From the sequence record NZ_CP012741.1: a stretch of 64,000 bases of DNA; one strand, written 5' to 3'. The notes under the pieces were generated by a model. The model worked only from the letters and a program-made list of their open reading frames with translations, made no database searches and was not told the origin of the DNA. Positions within the stretch are counted from its first letter, which is position 1; every line of letters begins with the position of its first letter. The DNA is from a plasmid. The translations under genes were made by a program, and so were the position numbers. Below, piece by piece: positions 30,405-39,007 of this stretch.

Positions 30405-30692
30405 TTAACCAAGCCCAACGAGTGGCGCTCCAACGTTCCACAAAATAGAGCCGCCAGCAAAACCACCAAGGGCGGCAAACCAGTTACGGGTCATTAATCC
30501 AGTGACAACGGCACCAAATAATCCAGTGCCGAGCATGGCAGTTTCGACAGTCGAACCTTTACCAGCGGTGTCTTTCATCGCTTGCTTACCAGTGGCAAAA
30601 ATATCGGCGGCTAACGCTGGCTGCGTCACTAGAAGTGCAGAAACGGCCAGTCCAGCAGTGAAAGCTAAAGTGCGTTGAGTGCGAGTGTTCAT
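30405..30692 (-). CDS. traA: TraA F-type pilin precursor
   Basis: 95 aa with a long leader MNTRTQRTLAFTAGLAVSALLVTQPALA|AD and a hydrophobic mature pilin ending ...VGAPLVGLG. Confidence 0.8.
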   Translation of the reverse strand: MNTRTQRTLAFTAGLAVSALLVTQPALAADIFATGKQAMKDTAGKGSTVETAMLGTGLFGAVVTGLMTRNWFAALGGFAGGSILWNVGAPLVGLG

Positions 30693-31012
30693 AACGTGAT
30701 TCCTTGGTTGATGGGAGAGTCACCGCTTCGTTGTTGGTGTCGGCGGTGTATTGAAATATTAAGTGGACGCTTCAAATGCTCACTGACCTTGGATGGGGCA
30801 TGGGTGCTTTGGTCGGGCTGTTTGCTCTTTTTCAGCCTACAGCAATAGACTGCGTGATAAGTGCGCTTACAAGGTTGGTGCCCAGAGGTATAACGGTTAT
30901 TTTTGAAGTGTTAGCATCACTCACAGTTTGACTGTGAACAGAAGGTTTTCTGTGCTGTTTTCAAGAGTACAACCCATATTGGGTCAGTGAGCATTTAAAG
31001 CGTCCAAGAGGT

Positions 31013-31110
31013 AAATTGCGGTAGGGCTAAAGTTTTATATACAAATCCGTTAGGACGAGGTGCTACCGCAATTTGAAAGAGTTCGCTAGAGCAACGTCTT
31101 TCAAATTGCC
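31013..31110. promoter_or_regulatory. nested inverted repeats in the traA upstream/oriT-candidate region
   Basis: AAATTGCGGTAG...(38 nt)...CTACCGCAATTT overlaps GCAATTTGAAAGA-(16 nt)-TCTTTCAAATTGC. A further IR CTTTTGGCT...AGCCAAAAG lies at about 31140-31190. Confidence 0.35.
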
Positions 31111-31299
31111 TCTCTGTCTGAGAGTGCGGTGAGTTCAATCCGCTGGCGCGGTACTCCTTTTGGCTCTACAAGAGGCTTCGCCTCGTTATAGCAGCCAAAA
31201 GCGAGCTTGATCGTTGAAATTTTCGAAATGGCACAATCGTAAGTAGTAAAAATGGGTACGATTATTAGCCAAATAAGAGGTAATCAAAATGGGGTGACT

Positions 31300-31560
31300 A
31301 TGAGTCGAAAACCACGTCATAAAAAAATAACGTTCGTAGAACTAGACGGTTACAGTGAGACAGATCGAGAACTGATTTATGCAACAAAAAATGAACTTAA
31401 GCTTTGTATTCGAGAAGCCATTATTGTCTTGACTCAACAACGTAAAATTCGGAGGCGTAGGAAAAAAGTGGATAAACCGAAACCCAAACATACACCAAGT
31501 TATTCGCAAAAAGTTGTCGTGACTAAAAAAGGTTGTCGTGATTGGGGAAAAGTGAAATAG
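31300..31560 (+). CDS. small basic hypothetical protein, divergent from the tra operon
   Basis: Internal start MSRKPRHKK with SD GGGGTGA. Lys/Arg-rich with an RRRRKKVDKPKPK tract, possibly DNA-binding. Confidence 0.4.
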   Translation: MSRKPRHKKITFVELDGYSETDRELIYATKNELKLCIREAIIVLTQQRKIRRRRKKVDKPKPKHTPSYSQKVVVTKKGCRDWGKVK

Positions 31561-31880
31561 AAATAGTAGTTGTGGTCAAAATCGTTTGATATAGAACGCT
31601 CTTTCACTCTCATTGGGCCAGAGCCTCTCCCAATCCCCGCCACGGTGCTAAACGTTGGGGTGTGTATGTCGGATTATTACGGGCATCCGACGTCGAACCT
31701 CCTAGAGCACTGAATGATATTTCTCAACATGAACAGTCAGGCGGAGCGTTCTGCCGTTGGCACGAATTGTTAAAGAGCGAGAGTGCGGTAATCGCATTCC
31801 TATAAAACTTTTCAGAGAAAAGGCTTATAGGAGTGCACTGACTCGTTGTGATCCAAACTGGGGATCTTTTTTTGAAAAAA

Positions 31881-32108
31881 TTACGGTTTGCTTTTGGGTA
31901 CTTCCCAGTTCACACCAAACAATTCAAGGTGATGCTCTAATCGAGCTTGAGCCTCTGCGCGCTTTGTACGACTGTTGTGTGCCTTTGAACTTTCAAGAAT
32001 TTGGTTATGTTTGCCTGATAGTTTGATGTTGACGTGCGTGCCTTTTGAATCGGATGGTTTTTTGCTCAAAATCGCTTCAATCCTTACTGTATTTAACATA
32101 ATGAACAT
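31881..32108 (-). CDS. hypothetical small protein; its start codon lies within a 17-bp inverted repeat
   Basis: 75-aa ORF with a weak SD; coding status uncertain. Confidence 0.3.
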   Translation of the reverse strand: MFIMLNTVRIEAILSKKPSDSKGTHVNIKLSGKHNQILESSKAHNSRTKRAEAQARLEHHLELFGVNWEVPKSKP

Positions 32109-32412
32109 AATGTGAATTAAAGTAAGTTGATGAAATATAAGATAAAAGATGTTTTTGTTGGTGTGCTTGTGATGAAAAATAAAGCGATTGGTGTAATATA
32201 GAGGCTATGAAAAGAGTATCAATGAAGTATAATATGTGATTATGTATCACAGATTATAGAAATGGTCTGTAAGTTATTGATATAACTACGTATAATGTTC
32301 ATTATGTTAAACATTTTTATGAAAATGTGATTTAGGGCTTGAGACTAAGAAAGTAAGTGCGCTATACTTTGGTCAAGTCCTTAAAGCGAAAAGTGCATTA
32401 CATAGCACGCTA

Positions 32413-32442
32413 CTACATAGTTTTCTATGTAGTGTATTTTTT
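32413..32442 (+). terminator. hairpin plus U-run (candidate sRNA/attenuator terminator upstream of rep)
   Basis: CTACATAG-tttt-CTATGTAG followed by TGTATTTTTT. Confidence 0.4.
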
Positions 32443-32490
32443 AAGGATTGAGAGTGTGTTGGACTACTACCCCAACTATATAGCATTCGC

Positions 32491-32526
32491 AAAAAGCCGT
32501 TCGCCCGCTAGTGAACGGCTTTTTTG
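32491..32526. terminator. bidirectional rho-independent terminator upstream of rep
   Basis: AAAAAGCCGTTC-gcccgctagt-GAACGGCTTTTTTG, with an A-run before and a T-run after. Confidence 0.55.
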
Positions 32527-32760
32527 TACCTGAAATTTAAGGATTTGATCTTTTTGCGGATCTTGTGTAGATTGAACATTCATTGTTTGGCTTAGTAACC
32601 CAAACAACCCTAAAAATCTAGCGGAATCCAACTATGAATAAGCCCATTGCGTCTTGCCTATGGCAAGCCACTCTCAGACTCAAGACTCTCGTAATAACCG
32701 CATCCAGACTAGGTGATCGTACTCTGTTGGTGTTTGGTGGTGACGCAGAGGGTGAGTCGC

Positions 32761-33591
32761 ATGGTCAGTACTAAGCCCTCCCCTACCCTCGCCAAATCGC
32801 AATACGATAAAGAATATCGGGCTAAGCGCAAAGAGCGTAAGCAAGCGCTGGTCGAGTTCCATCACGCGGTTCTGGCCGATAAGCGCGAGCAAGAGCCGAA
32901 TTTTCAGATAGGTTTTACCGCGCGTCGATTGCTTCGTAGTGGTGACGTTGTCAATCTTCCGCATGAATACGCTTTTATTTTAAAAGGGTGTGAAGAGTTT
33001 ATCGATAACCCACAGCGTTTTTCCTCCCTGTTTTCTTGGGGGGGCGAAGCAATTAATAATATCAGTTGCCGAACCCTGATTGCTAAAGTACTGGCGTGTC
33101 TCTTACCTTGCACTGATTTGATTGGTGGCCGGATTGGGACGCCGACCGAAGCAGGACTGAAAACCCTCAGCTATGACCAGCTTCAAGAAGATTATGCCTT
33201 GCGCTTTGGGGAGTTTATCGCCCCGAAATCCTTTGCAAAAGTCGTCACCTATCTCAAGCGCGCAGCGTACCTTCACACCGAGCGTATCAATGTGTGTGTG
33301 GATGAGGAAGAGGGCACAGTGCGCAGTGCGGCGGCTTACAAGCAACTGACCGAGGTATTCTTTCGGGATTTGAAAGTGGTGCGCTACCCAAACATTTGCG
33401 ATCTCATCATCGCCACGCGTAAAAGAATGGAAAAGAAGGGACTCAACTTCAACTGGATGTCATTTCGTGCGATCGCTAACGGGATACAAGACATCTTTAA
33501 TGCCAGCAAGCTTAATGAGTTCGCGCAAACCACGTCGATGGTCTTCCGTGCCCACATGAGCGCTTCTCAGCTTTCTCTCTCTCCTCATTGA
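32761..33591 (+). CDS. putative plasmid replication initiator (Rep), inferred from context
   Basis: Internal start MVSTKPSPTLAKSQYDKEYRAKRKERK (basic N-terminus). A DnaA box, 13-bp direct repeats and an AT-rich tract follow directly downstream. No family assigned by eye. Confidence 0.45.
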   Translation: MVSTKPSPTLAKSQYDKEYRAKRKERKQALVEFHHAVLADKREQEPNFQIGFTARRLLRSGDVVNLPHEYAFILKGCEEFIDNPQRFSSLFSWGGEAINNISCRTLIAKVLACLLPCTDLIGGRIGTPTEAGLKTLSYDQLQEDYALRFGEFIAPKSFAKVVTYLKRAAYLHTERINVCVDEEEGTVRSAAAYKQLTEVFFRDLKVVRYPNICDLIIATRKRMEKKGLNFNWMSFRAIANGIQDIFNASKLNEFAQTTSMVFRAHMSASQLSLSPH

Positions 33592-33744
33592 CCTTCTGGG
33601 CTGGTATCCGCTTCACGGCGGAGGATAACGCACGTCTGTAGTTCAGCGGTGCTCAAATTTCCACCAGTTTTACTCTTGTTTGTCCTGTCTTTTGTCTTAC
33701 GATCGCCTTCGATTTTCCCTGTTTAACACGGAACGCGTCATTTT

Positions 33745-33900
33745 CTGTTTATCCACACAAAAGGTAGTGCAAGAAAATAGTTCAAGAAATAAGAGCAAGA
33801 AATGGGTAAAAAACTAGGCGGGTCTTATGTGTACTTCGTATTAGAACTACGTATAAAAATAAATATAGAAATAAATATTAAGAAAAGAATAAGAGCATCG
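33745..33900. promoter_or_regulatory. oriV-like region: DnaA box, three 13-bp iterons and an AT-rich segment
   Basis: Perfect DnaA box TTATCCACA (33749-33757). Iterons GTGCAAGAAAATA / GTTCAAGAAATAA / GAGCAAGAAATGG (33767-33806). Then a more than 80% AT stretch with TACGTA palindromes (33830-33890). Confidence 0.5.
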
Positions 33901-33920
33901 CTTCGCTCAACAATACCCTC

Positions 33921-34228
33921 AGCCAGCATCAAGACAGAGTATTCACTTTAGTTCATTACACTTGCTGGCTGCGCTGAACCTTTCTTTTGTCATCCGACAG
34001 GAAACTATCGTGTTAATACGCATGAACCAGTGGAATAACACAAAAAGCCATATTAAAAATGGAAAGAATCACTGACCACATTTCCGCTTCGCGGGCCTAG
34101 CAAGGCAAAGGGGCAAATTTTGTACCGTTACCTTAGTGGTTAACCATCACGCTAGGAGAAAGGTTTTACTCCCCTCTTACTCGCTGCGCGAGCGCGTTCT
34201 GGTATTCGTCGCACTGCGACTCATGAAA
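33921..34228. repeat. about 310-bp direct repeat, copy 1 (copy 2 at 50713-51020, about 90% identical)
   Basis: Begins AGCCAGCATCAAGACAGAGTATTCACTTTAGTTCATTACACTTGCTGGCTGCGCTGAACC and ends ...GACTCATGAAA. Same orientation in both copies; no convincing ORF. Confidence 0.8.
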
Positions 34229-34342
34229 TGAAAAAGTGACAGGACAATCGATCCAATTCGATCTGTGCAGATCTTTTGTGTGGCAAACCAATGGTGAAGA
34301 ACATATATCAATTAACAAGGTTACACTGTAACAAATGTGAGC

Positions 34343-34374
34343 TATAAAAATAGCGAAATGGATGGATTTCGCTA
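34343..34374 (-). terminator. terminator of the rpn-like gene
   Basis: Minus-strand hairpin TAGCGAAA-8 nt-TTTCGCTA followed by TTTTTAT, just past the stop at 34391. Confidence 0.5.
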
Positions 34375-34390
34375 TTAAAAAGAGAAGTGA

Positions 34391-35345
34391 TCAGTTGATC
34401 AGTGCTGACAGCTCTTGCTCTGACAAGCCTGTAGTTTCCGAGATCAACGCTTTATCGAGACCTGCGGCCAACATCTTTTTCGCGATAGCGACTTTGGCTT
34501 CTTGTTCACCTTCTTGACGGCCCTTTTGTAAACCTTCTTGACGGCCCTTTTGTAAACCTTGCTGTAAACCTTGTTCGCGACCGCGCGCTTCTAATTGCTC
34601 TGCTACTGTCATGAATTTTTCCTCATGCTCTGGGACTTGCTTCGCCAAGGTTCGCATCAAATCTTCTAAATTCGACGTCTCCCCTACTCTCAGCAAATAC
34701 TCCACTAAACTGTCTAACTGACTTGCTGTGATTAAACGTTCTAACAACAGTGTAACCACTGTCTCTGTAAAATCCAATAAGTCTCTTTGTCGTACATGCT
34801 TTTGGACCAGCTCTAACAGTGCCACTCTCTTATGCTGAATGATTTCATCATCCGGTATCACCGTTACATCCACCAAGGGAAAGTCCTGGCTATACAGAGC
34901 TTTCGCTATCTCAGGGTGGTCAAATTCATCCAGCCAATTGGTGCTGTATGGGTAAGGACTCGTTTGGCCATGATAGAACAGTAACGGCACCACTAAAGGG
35001 AGCGTCTCATTTCCCGCATCCAGGTGTTGTTTCATCGCTGCGATGGCATAACGCATCATCCGAAAGCCCATGTGTTTGTCTGGGCGACTTTGATGCTCGA
35101 TGAGCGCATACACATACCCTACCCCACTTTCTGTTTCCATCGAGCACATCCGAATAATACGGCACTAACTCTTCTTCCAAAAATGAACTTGATTGGAGCT
35201 GGAGCGTATTGAGATTGCAGATTTTTTTGATGTGCCCTGGTAAGTGTACATCGAGAAAGTCTCTCGCTGTATCTGGTACGGTCAGGAACGACTTAAACAA
35301 TCCATCATGTATTGATGTTGGTGCCTTCACTGTACTTATCCCCAT
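34391..35345 (-). pseudogene. Rpn/YhgA-like (PDDEXK_7, transposase_31) recombination-promoting nuclease gene with a frameshift
   Basis: Two overlapping ORFs in different frames (35345-35007 and 35149-34391). Together they match RpnA-like proteins: TSIHDGLFKSFLTVPDTARDFLDVHLP...YSDVL // GVGYVYALIEHQSRPDKHMGFRMMRYAIAAM...C-terminal QGLQKGRQEG repeats and HTH. The frame switches near 35130. Confidence 0.7.
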
Positions 35346-35464
35346 TTAATCTGGCGATACTATACCAACTACTCTTATTCGTATATAGCATACGTTTTCG
35401 TTCCATTGGGCTTCAGCCCCCTCATAGGAGGTAAAGTTTCCACAATAAATGAGCTGTAATTTAA

Positions 35465-35542
35465 GTGTAATACATATGTATTATATAAATGTATTGACAA
35501 GCATTTCACTTTACGTAAGATGTGTATTACACATGTAACACA
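35465..35542. promoter_or_regulatory. palindromic GTATTACA/TGTAATAC repeats upstream of parA (operator or centromere-like)
   Basis: GTGTAATACATATGTATTAT (35465-35484) and TGTGTATTACACATGTAACACA (35521-35542), overlapping the parA promoter region. Confidence 0.5.
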
Positions 35543-35555
35543 CGGATGAATTATA

Positions 35556-36326
35556 ATGAAAACAAAGATTATAGCCACTGCAAATCAAAAGGGAGGGGTT
35601 GGTAAAACCACGACCGTTATTAATCTAGGGGCTGAGCTAGCAAGACGGAAAAAGGTGCTTATTATTGACCTTGACCCGCAAGGAAACTGTTCAAAAACCT
35701 TAACTGCACAGCGTACTTTTCCATTTGAAGAAACTATAGCGGCTATGTTCGATAGACCAAAAGTTGTTTCGATAGCTGATTTGATTCGACCTGCTTTAGT
35801 ACATAACTCTCAAATCGAGAACCTAGATCTGGTTCCTGCGGACTTCCAGTTGTCCCGTATCATTGAAACATCGCTGACCAAGATTAATCGTGAGCGTATC
35901 CTCGAAAAGCAATTAGCAAAGCTGGAGGGGATTTATGACTTTGTTATTTTAGATACACCTCCGAATCTATCGCTTACAACGCTAAATGCTATTCAAGCAT
36001 CCGATCTGATTTTGATTCCTGTCGATTCTGGTGCGTTTTCTCTGGATGGGATCTCTCCTCTTCTTGACGCTGTTTCTGAAATAAAAGACGAAGATGCACA
36101 CTACCTTATATTGAGAAACGAGGTAGATTCTAGAAATTCGATCATTAATGAGTTTATTGATGAAGAGTTAGAAGTTGCACAAGATAGAGTACTACCTGTT
36201 TCTATTCGTAAATCAGAACATGTAGGCCAAGCTAATGCTGTTTCTGCTCCAGTGCGTTTCTATAAGTCAGGATCGCTAGTCAATAATGACTATCGCCAGT
36301 TAGCTCTATTTATTAATGATATGTAA
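35556..36326 (+). CDS. parA: ParA/Soj-family partition ATPase
   Basis: Deviant Walker A KGGVGKTT. 256 aa, followed by a small DNA-binding partner gene. Confidence 0.85.
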   Translation: MKTKIIATANQKGGVGKTTTVINLGAELARRKKVLIIDLDPQGNCSKTLTAQRTFPFEETIAAMFDRPKVVSIADLIRPALVHNSQIENLDLVPADFQLSRIIETSLTKINRERILEKQLAKLEGIYDFVILDTPPNLSLTTLNAIQASDLILIPVDSGAFSLDGISPLLDAVSEIKDEDAHYLILRNEVDSRNSIINEFIDEELEVAQDRVLPVSIRKSEHVGQANAVSAPVRFYKSGSLVNNDYRQLALFINDM

Positions 36327-36342
36327 TACATAGGTAATACAC

Positions 36343-36642
36343 ATGAGTAGGCTAAAAAATCATGGAGCTAGTACATCTATATCCGAATTTAACAATAAGG
36401 ATAGAGGTAAACAGAGTGGAATCACCACAGTTAAGAAAAAGGTTACCACTTCATACAAAATCCCCCCTTTGACACTAAGAATGTCTCTCTCAGATAAGAA
36501 AGCCATTGGCGATTGGGTGGATGAATTGCAAGAGCTATCAGAGCGAAATGTCTCTGCCGCCAAGCTGTTTCGAGCGTTAGTCTCATATCGAGATAAGATA
36601 GATAATGAAGAGTTGATCGAACTTATTAATAAAATGAATTGA
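36343..36642 (+). CDS. small centromere-binding partition protein (ParB/ParG-like partner of ParA)
   Basis: 99 aa immediately downstream of parA, flanked by the same palindromic repeats. Confidence 0.5.
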   Translation: MSRLKNHGASTSISEFNNKDRGKQSGITTVKKKVTTSYKIPPLTLRMSLSDKKAIGDWVDELQELSERNVSAAKLFRALVSYRDKIDNEELIELINKMN

Positions 36643-36730
36643 TGTGTATTACCTATGTATTACATTGTCGCTATGCTGGTTTCTTAGTAATATGATTACG
36701 GTTTTTAGTGTATTACATGTGTAATACACG
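36641..36730. repeat. centromere-like palindromic repeats downstream of the par locus
   Basis: TGTGTATTACCTATGTATTACA and GTGTATTACATGTGTAATACAC. An inverse copy ATGTAATACATAGGTAATACACAT lies at 36321-36345, between parA and the partner gene. Confidence 0.5.
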
Positions 36731-36858
36731 TATTTTAAAATATTTCAAACTTGCACTGATATCTGTTTGTTTGTTGGGGTAGATTAGATACATACTGTTA
36801 AATGAGTGATAGCTAATTAAAAGGCTTGGGTATTCGCCAAGCCTTTGGTATGTAATTA

Positions 36859-37272
36859 TTACTGACACCCTTCTTTTGTCTGATTAGACGATTTGATGAG
36901 CTCTGTCATATAGATTAAACCAACCGTTTCTTCTTCAAAGCCTACTGCTTTTCGGTTTTCTGGAAATCCTGAAAACAGTACATAGATTTCCTGATACGGC
37001 TCTCCGACCTTTTGAGCTTTTGCTAGTGAAGCTTGCTCAATGATCTCCATTTGTTTTTGTTCACCATTTAACCAAAAAGTTTCGTTTGTTCCACATGAGC
37101 GAAAATCAGAAACTTCACTCCCATATGTAAAATATCCTTCATATTGCTGTTTGTTGGAGATTGAACAACCGGATACTAAAAGTAATGCTATGAATAGTAT
37201 TGTATTTGATAGTTTCATTATTAATCCCTTTAATTTACAACTTTGTTTTCGATAATTTTTGTACAGCTGCAA
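36859..37272 (-). CDS. lipoprotein of unknown function
   Basis: Signal and lipobox LLVSGCS. 137 aa. Confidence 0.5.
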   Translation of the reverse strand: MQLYKNYRKQSCKLKGLIMKLSNTILFIALLLVSGCSISNKQQYEGYFTYGSEVSDFRSCGTNETFWLNGEQKQMEIIEQASLAKAQKVGEPYQEIYVLFSGFPENRKAVGFEEETVGLIYMTELIKSSNQTKEGCQ

Positions 37273-37852
37273 TGGTTGAGCGGCTACATCCTAAGAGTGA
37301 TTGCACTTGCGACCAGCTCTTGCCTTCTGCAAGTAAAAGCTGAATGTTTTCTCTCAACTTAACGTTTGGTTTTCGCCCCTGGTATTTTCCTAACGCTTTG
37401 GCTTTCTCTATCCCTTGAGCTTGGCGTTTTTTTCTTGTTTCGTAATCATCCCTTGCCATTGCTGCCGCTAAATCAACCATGAATTCGGTGAGTACCCTAG
37501 AAATCATGGATGTTTGTTGATCAGTATGAGTTAGCACTGCGTGAGTCATTGGTTGATCGAGAACGACTATATTGATACCAGCTTCGACGAGTTGTTGTTT
37601 GAGTTCTTTCCACTGGTCATAGGGTAGGCGAGATAGACGGTCAACTTTTTCAATGAGTAACACATCCCCTCTATGAGAGTCATCAATCAAACGCGATAAT
37701 TCAGCTCTTTCTAATTTAGTCCCTGATAAATATTCAGTATAAAAACTTGCAATGCGTACGTTGTTTTTATTAGCGAAAGTTTGGAGTTCACTTTTTGCTC
37801 GATCAGCATGTTGGTCTGTTGTTGAAGCTCGTAAATAGGCTCTTATAAACAT
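37235..37852 (-). CDS. serine recombinase (resolvase family)
   Basis: N-terminal AYLRASTTDQ catalytic Ser motif, DRLSR motif, C-terminal HTH. 205 aa. Confidence 0.8.
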   Translation of the reverse strand: MFIRAYLRASTTDQHADRAKSELQTFANKNNVRIASFYTEYLSGTKLERAELSRLIDDSHRGDVLLIEKVDRLSRLPYDQWKELKQQLVEAGINIVVLDQPMTHAVLTHTDQQTSMISRVLTEFMVDLAAAMARDDYETRKKRQAQGIEKAKALGKYQGRKPNVKLRENIQLLLAEGKSWSQVQSLLGCSRSTIAAVQKLSKTKL

Positions 37853-38239
37853 AGTTGCTTACTGTTGGTTCGGTTTGAGTATGGTTTTGTATTTTGGTGT
37901 GCGTAGGGTTGTAAATCAATACTTATCGAACCAAAGTTAGGTCATGGTTTGGTGGTTTGCATAAGGTATACCTCACTCAAACCAATTCAGATATGCAACC
38001 AACCCTCTCGATGAATCAGCATTAGCTACCTATCAAAACATTGGATTTGATAGGTAATGCCTATATAGCTCGTTAAGGTCATTTTTTAGACAAAGTAGCC
38101 CTCACTAAATTAGTACCATCTTAATAACTAAAAAAAAAACTCCTATCAATTTGTATACTTTTTGATAGTTCGTGAAATTATCTATCAAAAGTACTATTAT
38201 AAATGCCAAATCAAAATATCTTAGAGTTATTGATAGATT
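37853..38239. promoter_or_regulatory. AT-rich intergenic region with TATCAA/TTGATAG inverted repeats; candidate res or crossover sites between divergent recombinases
   Basis: CTATCAATTTGTATACTTTTTGATAG, TATCTATCAAAAGTAC and GTTATTGATAGATTATG motifs. Confidence 0.35.
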
Positions 38240-38842
38240 ATGGAGAAAATCGGATACGCTCGAGTGAGCTCTACTGGTCAAAGTTTAGACGTTCAATTGG
38301 AAAAACTAAATCATGTAGGTTGTCAACGCATTTACCAAGAAAAAAGAAGTGGTCGAACCTCTAACCGACCAGAATTTCAATCTTGTATGAATTATCTTCG
38401 AGAGGGAGATACGTTAGTCATCACTCGATTAGATCGCCTTGCTCGATCTGTTGTCCATCTGGCACAACTCGCTAAACGTTTTGAGCAAGAAAAAATTAAC
38501 TTAATCGTCATTGATCAAAATATCGATACCAGCACATCAACTGGTAGATTGATGTTTAACATGTTGGCATCCATTGCTGAGTTCGAAAATGATTTACGAA
38601 CTGAGCGGCAAGCCGAAGGTATTGCCAAAGCAAAAGAGAACGGCGTGAAGTTTGGGCGCCCAGCAAAACTTAACGAGCAAATATGCCATGCAATACGTAC
38701 TCGTCGAAATGAAGGGGCAACCATAGGTCAAATTGCGAAAGAATTTAACCTAGGAGAGGCGACAATTTATCGGGCGTTAAAAATAGCAATAACAAAAGAG
38801 TGTGAACCACATACTCCATCTGGTGAAACTGGTGCTTTCTAA
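38240..38842 (+). CDS. serine recombinase (resolvase/DNA-invertase, Hin/TnpR-like)
   Basis: MEKIGYARVSSTGQSLDVQ...LDRLARS...C-terminal HTH (IGQIAKEFNLGEATIYRAL). Confidence 0.85.
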   Translation: MEKIGYARVSSTGQSLDVQLEKLNHVGCQRIYQEKRSGRTSNRPEFQSCMNYLREGDTLVITRLDRLARSVVHLAQLAKRFEQEKINLIVIDQNIDTSTSTGRLMFNMLASIAEFENDLRTERQAEGIAKAKENGVKFGRPAKLNEQICHAIRTRRNEGATIGQIAKEFNLGEATIYRALKIAITKECEPHTPSGETGAF

Positions 38843-39007
38843 ATTGGAATTGCCCTAAATTAATTCACGGTAAAGACTCATACTCTGTCTATTATTATGT
38901 ACCTTGGCACCTTTTGAAGTCAGTCATGCAGCACAACATATTAGAAAAGTGACACTAGAGTGCCTGAATTCTTAAATTTTGCAATAGAGCCCCAAATTAC
39001 GGTAACT

